A DNA stretch of 57,547 nt from Minisyncoccota bacterium (GTDB taxonomy: Bacteria > Patescibacteriota > Minisyncoccia > JAHIHE01 > JAGLIN01). Shown here in pieces: positions 10,042-20,130 of the stretch. The notes under the pieces were generated by a model. It was not told where the DNA came from, did not search any database, and saw only the letters and a program-made list of their open reading frames with translations. The translations under genes and the position numbers were made by a program. Every line of letters begins with the position of its first letter. The stretch's first letter is position 1. The stretch spans positions 1 to 57,547 of the forward strand of contig JAQVBZ010000007.1 in NCBI GenBank assembly GCA_028690055.1. Reading direction: 5' to 3'.

Positions 10042-10093
10042 AATACTAAACAAATATTCAGGTAATCATTCGCCATCAACTACATCCATCATA

Positions 10094-10999
10094 TCATTCC
10101 TTATTTGAATGAAACTTATTATGTATTTCTTTGAGATGTTTGTCGGTAACATGTGTATAAATCTGTGTAGTTGTTATACTGGAATGACCAAGCATCTCCT
10201 GCACACTGCGCAGATCCGCTCCGTTGCGCAATAAATCGGTAGCGAAGCTGTGCCGAAGAGTATGAGGAGTTATCTTTTTGACTATTCCCGCCGCCACAGC
10301 ATATTTTTTCACAATCCTTTCCATAGTCCGCGCTGAAAGCCGCGAAGGATCGCCAGTCTCCTTGAGGCTCACAAAAAGCGCCGGAGACAGGTCTTTGCGC
10401 CGCAACAAGTAATCATTCAGAGCAATCTTAGCCGAAGTAGAAAGAAATACCATGCGAAGCTTGTCGCCTTTGCCTCGCACCGAGAATTCACCAGTCTTGA
10501 GATTCACTTTATCGATATCCAGATTTACCAATTCAGAAACACGCAGCCCGGTAGAAAAGAGTATTTCCAATATCGCTGTATCACGCAAATTCTCCGACTT
10601 GCCACCGTGAGCCGCCTGCAGCAGACGCTCCACTTCATCTATTTCCAAGAATTCCACTTGTCTGTCTTTAACTTTCCCCAATTCAATCTTTTCGCTGCTC
10701 AAAGTCTCGATATCTCTCTTTGCCAGAAACTTCAGAAAGCCGCGGATGGCAATGATATAATAGTCCTGCGTGATTTTTTTCAGTTTGCGGCCATTTTCAT
10801 CCTCACGGCGATTAAGATACAGCCGAAAACTCCGCACACAGGCAGCCGTAATATCACCTGGCTTTTCCGCCTTCGACCAATCCAGAAATATCTCCAAATA
10901 GTGGTCATAATTCCTCACCGTCAGGGGAGAACGATTCCTTTCGATCTCCAGATATTCCAGATATTCTCTTTTGAGTTCTTGCAAGTCGACTTGAGGCAT
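10094..10999 (-). CDS. XerC/XerD-family tyrosine recombinase
   Basis: ILFSTGLRVSEL, HTLRHSFATDLL, LGHSSITTTQIYTH (R-K-H-R-H-Y set), N-terminal SAM-like domain. Confidence 0.92.
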   Translation of the reverse strand: MPQVDLQELKREYLEYLEIERNRSPLTVRNYDHYLEIFLDWSKAEKPGDITAACVRSFRLYLNRREDENGRKLKKITQDYYIIAIRGFLKFLAKRDIETLSSEKIELGKVKDRQVEFLEIDEVERLLQAAHGGKSENLRDTAILEILFSTGLRVSELVNLDIDKVNLKTGEFSVRGKGDKLRMVFLSTSAKIALNDYLLRRKDLSPALFVSLKETGDPSRLSARTMERIVKKYAVAAGIVKKITPHTLRHSFATDLLRNGADLRSVQEMLGHSSITTTQIYTHVTDKHLKEIHNKFHSNKE

Positions 11000-11054
11000 A
11001 TTTCCGGCAAAATTTATCCTATTTACTTCTATATTTTACGACATATCTAAGAAC

Positions 11055-11083
11055 TTGTCTATTAAAAATTTATATGATAGACT
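11055..11083 (+). promoter_or_regulatory. Candidate sigma70 promoter for rpsO-NYN-pnp
   Basis: TTGTCT-N17-TAGACT with TG extension. Confidence 0.5.
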
Positions 11084-11173
11084 GATAAAAGAGATATATT
11101 GTCTCGATTTAAGCTATGGAAAATTTTATAACCAGAAGCAAATCATCAATCCTAATAAGCATTAAAGAAGAAA

Positions 11174-11491
11174 ATGATCAAAAAAGACAAGAAGGAAAAG
11201 ATTATCAAAAAATTCAAGCTTCACAAGGAAGACACCGGGTCCTCAGAAGTCCAGGTAGCAATCCTCACCGAAAGAATCAAAGAACTCACAGAGCACTTGA
11301 AGGTAAACAAGAAGGATAATCATTCACGCAGAGGACTGCTCAAGATGGTAGCCAAGAGAAAAAAGCTTTTAAAAGACATTAAAGCAAACGACGAAGAGAG
11401 ATATGCCAAAATAGTAAAAGGCCTCAAATTGAAAGAAGCTAAACTAATCAAAGAAGATGGCGATAAGGAAACCGGCTCCAAATCTGAATAG
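11174..11491 (+). CDS. rpsO: 30S ribosomal protein S15 (short C-terminal extension)
   Basis: [16 protein letters not shown]...[26 protein letters not shown]. Confidence 0.97.
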   Translation: MIKKDKKEKIIKKFKLHKEDTGSSEVQVAILTERIKELTEHLKVNKKDNHSRRGLLKMVAKRKKLLKDIKANDEERYAKIVKGLKLKEAKLIKEDGDKETGSKSE

Positions 11492-12002
11492 CAAAAATAA
11501 ATCCATCCGACACAAAGACCAACGGATCGGCATTTTTGTGGATGCGCAAAATATGTACCATAGCGCTCGCAGCCTCTACAAGGCGCGAGTAAACTTCAAG
11601 GAAGTACTGGAAGAAGCAGTGGCAAGCAGAATACTCATCCGAGCTATCACCTATGTAATCAGCACCGAAGGTGGAGTAGAGAAGAGCTTTTTCGACGCGA
11701 TGGAGAAGATGGGCTTCGAGATCAAAGAGAAAGATTTACAGATATTCCCCGGAGGAATGAAAAAGGCGGATTGGGACGTAGGCTTGGCCGTGGATACAAT
11801 CAAGCTGGCGGACAAATTGGACGTCGTGATTATCATCTCCGGCGATGGAGACTACATCCCTTTGGTGGAATATCTCAAAGTAAATAAGGGCTGTCGTGTG
11901 GAAATCATAGCTTTCGGAGAGAGCACTTCCGCCAAACTGATTGAAGTCGCGGACGAATTTACGGACTTGAGCCAAGACAAAAAGAGATTCTTGATCAAAT
12001 AA
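11457..12002 (+). CDS. NYN domain (LabA/DUF88, PIN-like) protein
   Basis: [28 protein letters not shown] motifs. Confidence 0.9.
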   Translation: MAIRKPAPNLNSKNKSIRHKDQRIGIFVDAQNMYHSARSLYKARVNFKEVLEEAVASRILIRAITYVISTEGGVEKSFFDAMEKMGFEIKEKDLQIFPGGMKKADWDVGLAVDTIKLADKLDVVIIISGDGDYIPLVEYLKVNKGCRVEIIAFGESTSAKLIEVADEFTDLSQDKKRFLIK

Positions 12003-12089
12003 ATCTTTTTAATATACTCGCCTATGAAAAAACTAACGAAAGACTAACAAACTTTTCTTAGCTTGTTTTAATTTTATCAAAATTTTAAG

Positions 12090-12164
12090 AGTTGGCCTGC
12101 GGACAATTAGATACAATCATCTTTATTCGGAATAAGATGATAGTCTAGAGTTTGCAGACCAGTT
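12090..12164 (+). promoter_or_regulatory. Long stem-loop in the pnp 5' UTR (candidate RNase III/autoregulatory leader)
   Basis: 12090..12104 pairs with 12150..12164; inner stems TAGAT/GTCTA, ATCATCT/AGATGAT, TTATTC/GAATAA. Confidence 0.55.
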
Positions 12165-12187
12165 CAACAAAAGAAAGGGTCTAAAAA

Positions 12188-14269
12188 ATGGAAGTAAAAA
12201 GATTTGAACAACAAATAAACGGAGGGAACTTGATTATCGAAACCGGAAAGCTCGCTTTGCAAGCCAACGGTTCTGTAACCGTTCAATACGGAGGAACGGT
12301 CGTTTTGGCGACCGCCACTATGAACGATGGCGCGCGTGAAGGAGTGGATTTTTTCCCGCTGATGGTGGACTATGAAGAAAGGCTCTACGCTGCCGGAAAA
12401 ATCAAAGGTAGCCGTTTCGTCAAAAGGGAAGGTCGTCCTACAGACGAAGCTGTCTTATCAGGCAGAATCGTCGATCGGACCATCAGGCCGCTTTTTAACG
12501 GCAGAATGAGAAACGACGTGCAGGTTATTCTGACCATGCTATCTGTTGACCTGGAAAATGATCCTGATGTAATCTCGGTCATCGGAGCCTCAATCGCGCT
12601 GGGCATCAGTGACATACCTTGGGACGGACCAGTAGGTGCGGTCAGAATCGCCAAGGTTGATGGACAACTTATCGTTAATCCGACCTACGAACAGAGAGAT
12701 AAAAGCGCCTTTGAGCTTTTCCTGACCGGCAAAGATGGAAAAATAAATATGATTGAAGCGGCCGCTAAAGAAATTCCGGAAGCGGAAATCATGGAGGCGA
12801 TGCGCTTCGGACAAAAATACCTCGAAGAACTTGAAAATTTCCAAAAGGGAATCATCCAGCAACTCGGCAAAGCGAAAAAAGCAGCCAATTTGATGCAAGC
12901 ACCAGCCGAAATCGAAGATCAGATGAAGAAATTCGTCGAAGGAAAAATCGAAAGCGCTGTAATGGAAAAGGACAAAAAGACCCGAAACGAAAATATGGGC
13001 GCGCTCAAGAAAAGCCTGCTTGATTTTGTGGAAGAAAATTTGGGTAAAGAATACAAAGAGATTGCAAAACTGGTATTGGACGAAGAGATTGACGCTTTCG
13101 TCCACGAATCAGCCATCCAGAGGAATGAAAGACCGGACGGAAGAAGAATGGACGAAGTTCGAGCAATCAGTGCGGAAGTCGGAGTTCTTCCACGCACCCA
13201 CGGTTCAGGACTCTTCAGTCGTGGAGAGACGCAGGCCCTTACAGTGCTCACCTTAGGAGCGCCGGGTGATGAACAAACTATCGATGGGATGAAAGAAGAA
13301 ACTACCAAAACTTTCATGCATCACTATTCTTTCCCGCCTTATTCGGTCGGAGAAGTGAAACCGATGAGAGGTCCGGGAAGAAGAGAAATCGGACATGGGG
13401 CATTGGCTGAAAAAGCTATTGAACCGCTGATTCCTTCCCGAGAAATTTTCCCTTATACTATCCGGCTTGTTTCCGAGATACTGGGGTCCAATGGTTCATC
13501 CTCTCAGGCCAGCATCTGCGGAAGCGCACTCGCACTTATGGATGGAGGAGTACCGATTCCCCGTCTCGCTGCCGGAATCGCTATGGGGCTCATGTCAGAT
13601 AAAGAAGGAAATTATAAAGTACTTACCGACATACAAGGTCCGGAAGATCACTACGGAGATATGGATTTCAAGGTAGCTGGTACGGAAAAGGGAATTACCG
13701 CCATTCAGATGGACGTCAAAATCGGAGGCATCCCATTGGACATTTTAGAAGAAGCCGTCGGCAAGGCACGAGAAGCAAGAGTGCATATAATAGGAATTAT
13801 GAGCTCTACTATCCCCCAGACTAGAGAAGAAATGTCACCTTATGCGCCGCGCATCACCAGTTTCCGCATCAATCCAGACAAGATTCGCGACGTTATCGGT
13901 CCGGGTGGAAAGATAATCAATGAAATTATCGCCGAAACAGGCGTTACTATAGACATAGAAGACGACGGCATGGTACTTATAACCTCGAAAGACGCCGCAG
14001 CAGCCTTGCAAGCGATGGAATGGATCAAGGATATAACTCGCGAAGTTATGCCCGGAGAAATCTACCAAGGAAAAGTAATCAAGAATATGACTTTCGGGGC
14101 ATTTGTAGAGATACTCCCGGGACAAGAAGGATTGGTTCATATCTCTGAGCTAGCCGCGACACGAGTTGAGAAAGTGGAAGATGTAGTAAAAGAAGGCGAT
14201 ATCATAACAGTCAAAGTATTAGGTATAGACGATAAGGGAAGAATAAATTTAACTCATAAAGGAGTCTAA
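12188..14269 (+). CDS. pnp: Polyribonucleotide nucleotidyltransferase (PNPase)
   Basis: Two RNase PH domains, FMHHYSFPPYSVGE, EDHYGDMDFKVAG, C-terminal KH and S1. Confidence 0.98.
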   Translation: MEVKRFEQQINGGNLIIETGKLALQANGSVTVQYGGTVVLATATMNDGAREGVDFFPLMVDYEERLYAAGKIKGSRFVKREGRPTDEAVLSGRIVDRTIRPLFNGRMRNDVQVILTMLSVDLENDPDVISVIGASIALGISDIPWDGPVGAVRIAKVDGQLIVNPTYEQRDKSAFELFLTGKDGKINMIEAAAKEIPEAEIMEAMRFGQKYLEELENFQKGIIQQLGKAKKAANLMQAPAEIEDQMKKFVEGKIESAVMEKDKKTRNENMGALKKSLLDFVEENLGKEYKEIAKLVLDEEIDAFVHESAIQRNERPDGRRMDEVRAISAEVGVLPRTHGSGLFSRGETQALTVLTLGAPGDEQTIDGMKEETTKTFMHHYSFPPYSVGEVKPMRGPGRREIGHGALAEKAIEPLIPSREIFPYTIRLVSEILGSNGSSSQASICGSALALMDGGVPIPRLAAGIAMGLMSDKEGNYKVLTDIQGPEDHYGDMDFKVAGTEKGITAIQMDVKIGGIPLDILEEAVGKAREARVHIIGIMSSTIPQTREEMSPYAPRITSFRINPDKIRDVIGPGGKIINEIIAETGVTIDIEDDGMVLITSKDAAAALQAMEWIKDITREVMPGEIYQGKVIKNMTFGAFVEILPGQEGLVHISELAATRVEKVEDVVKEGDIITVKVLGIDDKGRINLTHKGV

Positions 14270-14274
14270 TTTCT

Positions 14275-17200
14275 ATGAGCCAGAAAATTCTTAGGACAAT
14301 GCAGGACGATCTCAAGGAGGTCAAAGACACAAAAACAGGAAGGGGATTTTTTAGAAAATCCGAACCAGCCGAGAAAGACAAGTCAGCACAAAAACCGCTA
14401 CCGACACAGGTAACTGTTTCTACTGCCACCGGTAAAACAAAAAAATCGGCTCAAAGCATTCCTGCAGAAACCGAGAAAGGAAATTTCACAGACATGAAGC
14501 ACGACCTTGAGAGAAAAAGTTTTGACGTGTCCATGTCTCCGCTGCCGCAAAATAAAAAGAAGGACGACAAGAGCAGTGACTTTTTTGCGAAACTACAGAA
14601 CAAGATAGCCAAAAAGAAAAAGGAGCTACAAGAGCAGCCTCCGGTTCAAGCTGAGCCGAAAATTGAAAAAGCCACACAGCTTATCGAGGAGATAAAGAAA
14701 GCGGACCCTATTAAAAAAGGTGAAGAAGAGGTGGAGCCGAAAAAAATCCTGGAAAAAGATTCTGATGCAGCTAAAACGGAAAATGACAAGACAGAAGAAG
14801 AAGTTCTCTCACAAATCAAGAAACAGGAAGAGGCGAGACATCTGGCAGTGCAGAAAGCGGCAGAGGCGGTAAAAGAGCAAGAAGCGGATACGGACAAGGG
14901 GGGGGAAGAGAACGAAAAAGAAAATGTCCTCTCACAGATAAAGGAGCAAGAGGAAGTGAGACGGCAGGAAGTGCAGAAAGCGGCAGAGGCGGTAAAAGAG
15001 CAAGAAGCGCTCCGACAAGAAGAGATGAAGAAGGCGCAAGAGACTCTGAAGATGCAGGAAATCAAGATTACCAATATTCTTCGGGAAGTATCTGACTCTA
15101 TGAACCAAGAGGAGAGCGTGGCCGAGCAATCCAAGAAAGAGATGGAGGAAATCAGAGTCAAGGTATTGGAAGAGGCGAAGAAAAATAAGGAAGACATCCT
15201 CTCACAGATCCGCAGACAAGAAGAGGTCAGAAGACAAGAGGTACAAAAGGCACAAGAAGAACTGAAGAAACAAGAAGCCCTAAGAGCACAAGAGGCAAAA
15301 ATGGCTCAACAAGCATTGAAAGAAGAGGATGCCAAGCGCGCCAAGGAATCGGAAAGATTAAGAACGGCCATCGCGTCGCAAGAAGCGGAAATCGCCAATC
15401 TAATCAAACGCACCGCCAACCCTCTCAATAAGGAAGAGTTGATTGAAGAGATGCGGTCGAAAATCCTAGAGGAAGAAAAGAAAAACAAAGAGGATCTCTT
15501 GGCACAGATGAAGGCGCAAGAAGCTCAGCTTGCCGATTTCATGAGACAAGTATCCGATACTCTAAATAAGAATATTCCCAAGAAAGAAGAACTCGAACAG
15601 GATATCATCGCCAAGATAAAAGCGGAGGAGGAAAAAACCAAACAGGATATACTTATGCAATTCAAAGCAGAGCAGGCTAAAAGGGAGGAAGAGGCCCGAA
15701 AATTGCAAGACACGATCCAGGAGAAAGATACACAGATTGCAAACCTGGTAAAAGGCATATCCGAATCGCTACAGGAAGAGTTTGATGAGGGAGAAGCGAA
15801 AGAAAAGCTGATTGCCGAGATGCAAACGAAGATTGCGACATTAGAGGAAGAGAAGATTGAGAAAGAGAACGCTCTGGAACAAGTTAAGGAAGCGGCCAAG
15901 AAAAAAGCAGAAGAGGAAATAAAAAGAGAGGCCGAACAGAAGCTCGCCGAAGAAGAAGAACGCTTAAAGCAAGAAAAAGCAGCGGAGGAAGCGGCAGAAG
16001 CGGAAAGACAGAGAGAGGAACAGGAGAAACAGAGAGAAAAAGAGGAGCAAAGAGCTATAGAGGAAGAGAAAGAGAAGGAGGCTGCAGAAGAAGAACGTCG
16101 GGAAGAGGAAGAAATTCAAAAACTACGAAAGGAAGAAGAGGAAAGAATAGAACAAGAGAAAAGCGCGCAAAAGGCGGCGGAAGAGGAAGAGGAGAGAATA
16201 GAGCAGGAAGAAGCCGCTAAAAAGGCCGCGGAAGAAGAAAGACTCAAACAAGAAGAAACAGAAAGGCTACAAAAAGAAGAAGAGGAAGCGCAAGCAGCCG
16301 AAGAAGAAGAAGAAAGAATGAAGGAAGAAGCTGCTCAGAAAGCTATAGAAGAAGAAAAGTCACAAACTGTCACTGCTACGACAATCCCGGAACAAGAAGA
16401 GACGGAAGAAATCAAAGCAGACACCCAGGAGAATCAATCGAACCAGCCGATGGACGCCGAAATTCCGAAAGAAGTAGAAACGGACCCCGACGAAACATTC
16501 TGGAATGCGCTCCGTCAAGAAAGAGGAATTGACACAGAAAAATCAGAGGGCGCAAATATAAAAGAAATTAAGCCTTCTCAAGATACCTCTATAAAGCCTA
16601 CTACTGCGCCGCAGGAAGTTCAGCCCAAGGAGGAAGTCAAACCTCCGGAAGTTCCGCTCGCAACCGTACACGACGACGATATTACGGAGCTGATCAAAAA
16701 AGTTTCGAATTCGATGGAAACACCGGGAAAGAATTCTCCCGAAAAGCCCCAAGAGACCACCAAACCAGATAAAGACAGAGATCTCAAGGACCTGCTTTCC
16801 CGAATGTCGAAAAATCTGCAGAAAGAAAAGATAGCGCTGGCAGAGAAAAATATAAACCCTGCCGCAAAACTCGGACCTGCTGCTGCAGATTATCTGGATA
16901 AACATCCTGAAGCTGCCCAAACTAATATAGAGCCCCCTTCCGACAATACAAAAAATCCGAAAGCAGCTAGCGCAGCTAATAACTATTGGCAAAATTTACA
17001 AAGTACCGAAACAGAATCGGCTATAAGCCCTCAACAAAGGATAGTAGGAGGAACAAATTACGGAACATCACCATACGAACAACCTGCCGCAGATGCGTTA
17101 CCGAACGATAACTCTCTGGCGATGCCGGAAGAAGTCAAGAACGCGCAGATGAGAATCCAAGACAGGAGAAAAATGCAATCGGACTATGCCAACCCCGAAA

Positions 17201-18120
17201 ACAGATTGATTTACGGAAGACAGGAATATTACAGCACAACACACAAGGCCATCAAGCCGAAGACTAGAATGGAGAATCTTGAAGGTCTGGACGGCGTCCT
17301 CAAAGAAGAGGAACTTGAACTGAGCGATGAAGAAGAGAAAAAAAGACTAAAGAAAAACATCGTCTCAAAATATGGCATCAAACTTTTTCAATTCCCGTGG
17401 ATGAGAGTCATTGTTATCACGATTATGTTCTTGGCTATCATCGGCGGATCTCTGGCACTAATATTACCCAAGTTGAATACTCCCGGTACAAAAGAGTTGG
17501 CACCGGTGGTAGTAGGCAAGAGTATTTCGGAAATAGACAAGAAAATTTCCTCCACAGCTTTTGCCAAGCAAGGTCAGGTTACAACTTTGAACTTTTTCGA
17601 CGCAAATTTGGACCCCTGGAAACAATTCAATAACGGAGATATTGTCCGATTGAGCCTCACCTATGATAATCAGGACCTCATGCTATCGCGCAGTGAAGCA
17701 CTCAAGTCAGTTCTCGGCGAAGACAATGCCGACAACATTCCCGACGATTTCATGGACGTGACTTCTCCTGAATACAACATACTGGTGTTCAAAGAAGGTG
17801 GCTCGTTACGGCTAGCGCTGGTTTTCAAATTTACCGCATCCGAGGAAGAAGAATTAAAAGACATCATGTCGAGCTGGGAGAAAACGAATACCAAAAGCAA
17901 GAAAATCTATACCGTCATGAAAAACCTCTTCGTCAATTCCCGGATCATCGAACAAGATTCACTCACGTTTCAACCCGCTATTTATAACGGAACAGAACTC
18001 AAATTCATCAATCTGCCGGATTCAGACACTTCGATGGATTACTTCATTTACGAGGGCTACATCGTCTTCACCAGCTCGAAAGATCACACTTTCCAGCTCA
18101 TAGACAAGCTCAAAAGCTAG
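14275..18120 (+). CDS. 1281-aa E/K/Q/A-rich coiled-coil protein with a single TM near aa 1045 and C-terminal extracytoplasmic domain
   Basis: Long charged helical repeats, internal repeat VLSQI.(K/R)QEE...VQKA, hydrophobic VIVITIMFLAIIGGSLALIL. Confidence 0.8.
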   Translation: MSQKILRTMQDDLKEVKDTKTGRGFFRKSEPAEKDKSAQKPLPTQVTVSTATGKTKKSAQSIPAETEKGNFTDMKHDLERKSFDVSMSPLPQNKKKDDKSSDFFAKLQNKIAKKKKELQEQPPVQAEPKIEKATQLIEEIKKADPIKKGEEEVEPKKILEKDSDAAKTENDKTEEEVLSQIKKQEEARHLAVQKAAEAVKEQEADTDKGGEENEKENVLSQIKEQEEVRRQEVQKAAEAVKEQEALRQEEMKKAQETLKMQEIKITNILREVSDSMNQEESVAEQSKKEMEEIRVKVLEEAKKNKEDILSQIRRQEEVRRQEVQKAQEELKKQEALRAQEAKMAQQALKEEDAKRAKESERLRTAIASQEAEIANLIKRTANPLNKEELIEEMRSKILEEEKKNKEDLLAQMKAQEAQLADFMRQVSDTLNKNIPKKEELEQDIIAKIKAEEEKTKQDILMQFKAEQAKREEEARKLQDTIQEKDTQIANLVKGISESLQEEFDEGEAKEKLIAEMQTKIATLEEEKIEKENALEQVKEAAKKKAEEEIKREAEQKLAEEEERLKQEKAAEEAAEAERQREEQEKQREKEEQRAIEEEKEKEAAEEERREEEEIQKLRKEEEERIEQEKSAQKAAEEEEERIEQEEAAKKAAEEERLKQEETERLQKEEEEAQAAEEEEERMKEEAAQKAIEEEKSQTVTATTIPEQEETEEIKADTQENQSNQPMDAEIPKEVETDPDETFWNALRQERGIDTEKSEGANIKEIKPSQDTSIKPTTAPQEVQPKEEVKPPEVPLATVHDDDITELIKKVSNSMETPGKNSPEKPQETTKPDKDRDLKDLLSRMSKNLQKEKIALAEKNINPAAKLGPAAADYLDKHPEAAQTNIEPPSDNTKNPKAASAANNYWQNLQSTETESAISPQQRIVGGTNYGTSPYEQPAADALPNDNSLAMPEEVKNAQMRIQDRRKMQSDYANPENRLIYGRQEYYSTTHKAIKPKTRMENLEGLDGVLKEEELELSDEEEKKRLKKNIVSKYGIKLFQFPWMRVIVITIMFLAIIGGSLALILPKLNTPGTKELAPVVVGKSISEIDKKISSTAFAKQGQVTTLNFFDANLDPWKQFNNGDIVRLSLTYDNQDLMLSRSEALKSVLGEDNADNIPDDFMDVTSPEYNILVFKEGGSLRLALVFKFTASEEEELKDIMSSWEKTNTKSKKIYTVMKNLFVNSRIIEQDSLTFQPAIYNGTELKFINLPDSDTSMDYFIYEGYIVFTSSKDHTFQLIDKLKS

Positions 18121-18132
18121 AACAGGCACAGC

Positions 18133-18158
18133 AAAAGATCGGCAAAAGCCGATTTTTT
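18133..18158 (+). terminator. Intrinsic terminator
   Basis: ATCGGC-aaaa-GCCGAT then T-tract. Confidence 0.7.
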
Positions 18159-18316
18159 GTTTGCCCTTTCTTTTTTCGAAATTAGTGTTAAAATAAGGAA
18201 GTTGGGGATAGGAACAAGCCTCTTCCCGATAAAATCGATATAAAACACCGCAGAAGATATGACCATCTCATCTACGTGTCGGTTATAAGTTGTCAGTTGT
18301 ATATTAATAGTTACTT

Positions 18317-18403
18317 GGAAGGGTGGCTGAGTGGTTGAAAGCGCTGCTCTCGAAAAGCAGTAGACCTTAACGGGTCTCGAGGGTTCGAATCCCTCCTCTT
18401 CCG
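18317..18403 (+). tRNA. tRNA-Ser(CGA)
   Basis: GGAAGGG/CTCTTCC acceptor, CTGCT-CTCGAAA-AGCAG anticodon arm, long variable arm, GAGGG-TTCGAAT-CCCTC T-arm. Confidence 0.96.
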
Positions 18404-18526
18404 CATTCTGGAGGGATGAGAAGTTTATGCCCAGCATGGGTAAATCCCTCCTCTTCCGCATTCTGGAGGGATGAGAAGTTTATGCCCAGCATGGGTAAAT
18501 CCCTCCTCTTCCGCATTCTGGAGGGA
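18388..18526 (+). repeat. 55-bp tandem repeat (2.5 copies) built from the tRNA-Ser 3' end plus a 30-bp cassette
   Basis: AATCCCTCCTCTTCCGCATTCTGGAGGGA at 18388, 18443, 18498; cassette GGGATGAGAAGTTTATGCCCAGCATGGGTA at 18413 and 18468. Confidence 0.95.
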
Positions 18527-18572
18527 GTTGTACCTTCATATCTGCTATTCACGATATATTACTTTCTTCATC

Positions 18573-18679
18573 TGTCATTCCGGACTTGATCCGGAATCTT
18601 CGTTATATATCGTTAATGTTGTAAGATATACCGTTTATATCTAATATAACGAAGGTCCTGAAACAAGTTCAGGATGACA
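18573..18679. repeat. TGTCAT-tagged palindromic repeat, copy b
   Basis: tgtcattccggacttgatccggaatcttcgttatat...atataacgaaggtcctgaaacaagttcaggatgaca. Confidence 0.9.
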
Positions 18680-18778
18680 AGTTTGGACTGTTTATGATTA
18701 ATATTATACAAGCCTTATCCAAGAACTATCGCTATAAACACATATACCAACCAAACTCAGTGTTTTTTACTTTTAAAT

Positions 18779-18807
18779 AAAAACTCAACCACGACAGTTG
18801 AGTTTTT
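18779..18807. terminator. Bidirectional terminator
   Basis: AAAAACTCAAC-N7-GTTGAGTTTTT. Confidence 0.75.
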
Positions 18808-18827
18808 TGTTAACGAATTTTAGTAAA

Positions 18828-19658
18828 CTAGATATCCATCTCACCCCTTACTTCTTCGACAATCCCTTCTCTTTTTTTTCCTTCATCATCTTCTTTTTCC
18901 AGCCAAGCCCTGAGTTTTTTTGAAAGTATCCGCTGAACTGTTCCGTTCTGTAGCGCCAAACCAAAATACTTTACGGTTAGAGCCATCTTTTTGTCTGTAA
19001 TCCTACCGCTTTCTGACAGTTTTTCAAGCATTTCTCCGGCGGCATTTATATATTTAAGGTCCTGTTCAGGATCGTCGAGAATGGCCTTGATGACCTCTTT
19101 TGCTTTCCCTTCATAGCCCTCTCCTTCTTTAATGGCTTCAATTGCTTTCTCAATACGAGGAACAAGAAAGATTATAGAGGAAGCCGTGTCCTCGTCAATC
19201 ACACCTTCTTCTTCTAAAGTCTTTAGTAGCTCTTCATCCTGCAGAGCTTCGGCCAATTTTTCAACTACCTGATCCTTGATTTCTTCACTGTTTATTTCTA
19301 TTCCAAGCTTTTTGCATATTTTCTCGGTCGTTTCTCTTATCTTACCGGAATTCTTTTCCACATATTCTTCAGCCAGATCAAGCCGTTCTTCTTCACTTCT
19401 TTCTTCTTCATATTGTTTCCCCGCTTCTTCTGCCCCTTCGGCCGAAACATTGGCAGCATCTTGCATCTCCTCAATATCCCCTGACGTGCCCCCATCATCT
19501 TCTATCTTCTTAACTTTAGCCCTTCCATCTTCTTTTACTTCCTCTACAGCTGCTTGTACCCGCTCCGCACTTCCTACTATCGGATTTTCTTGACCCTGCT
19601 CTACGCTTTGCTCCGCCTTTTTATTATCAACCTCAAAATCTTTTTCATCATTCTCCAT
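18828..19658 (-). CDS. Acidic hypothetical protein (276 aa)
   Basis: Long open frame, strongly E/D-rich helical composition, terminator downstream. Confidence 0.7.
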   Translation of the reverse strand: MENDEKDFEVDNKKAEQSVEQGQENPIVGSAERVQAAVEEVKEDGRAKVKKIEDDGGTSGDIEEMQDAANVSAEGAEEAGKQYEEERSEEERLDLAEEYVEKNSGKIRETTEKICKKLGIEINSEEIKDQVVEKLAEALQDEELLKTLEEEGVIDEDTASSIIFLVPRIEKAIEAIKEGEGYEGKAKEVIKAILDDPEQDLKYINAAGEMLEKLSESGRITDKKMALTVKYFGLALQNGTVQRILSKKLRAWLEKEDDEGKKREGIVEEVRGEMDI

Positions 19659-19712
19659 ATTTCTTTTTTTAATATTTAATTATCCCGAGTTAACGATTGA
19701 TTCAAAACAACG

Positions 19713-19907
19713 CTATTGTTTATCATCATCCTGTACTCCGTCCAGCTTCTGCCTGACTTCCACAATTTTTCTCTCATTTATTCTTTGCATTATATTTTTA
19801 AATACACTATCTTGTCTCTCCGACAGCTCCCTGATTTTTGTTTTAAACCTCTCAAAGGCACCATGCCCCGAAGCTGTTTCTTCCGGAACTTTATCGTTTT
19901 GATCCAT
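19713..19907 (-). CDS. Small hypothetical protein
   Basis: AAGGA 7 nt before ATG 19907; amphipathic helix; same strand as neighbours. Confidence 0.55.
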   Translation of the reverse strand: MDQNDKVPEETASGHGAFERFKTKIRELSERQDSVFKNIMQRINERKIVEVRQKLDGVQDDDKQ

Positions 19908-20130
19908 TTTTATTTCCTTAGATTTGATTAATGGCATTCGAATGATATCGCTTTCCTACGATAGGTAAGCTTCTAATAATTATAAGACTATTACGTTTTT
20001 TGACAAATTTATATCACAAACATAATCAAAGACCGAACCCAAACAAAATGAATATAAAAAATCTGACCGGTAATACTCCCGGTCAGAAATAGCTGAAACG
20101 CTCAAATTCCTATTCGAATAACAGATATTT

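Noticed and set aside
9757-10999. Prophage or island integrase next to tRNA-Leu
   Set aside because: The protein is a ~300-aa XerC/D-type enzyme in a housekeeping rpsO-pnp context; I found no duplicated tRNA-Leu 3' end and no phage genes.
18388-18526. CRISPR array
   Set aside because: The intervening sequences are identical rather than unique spacers, the repeat is a tRNA 3' end, and there are no cas genes in the window.
18117-18552. ORFs with the repeated peptide MRKRRDLPMLGINFSSLQNAEEEG
   Set aside because: Antisense translation of tRNA-Ser and its 55-bp repeats.
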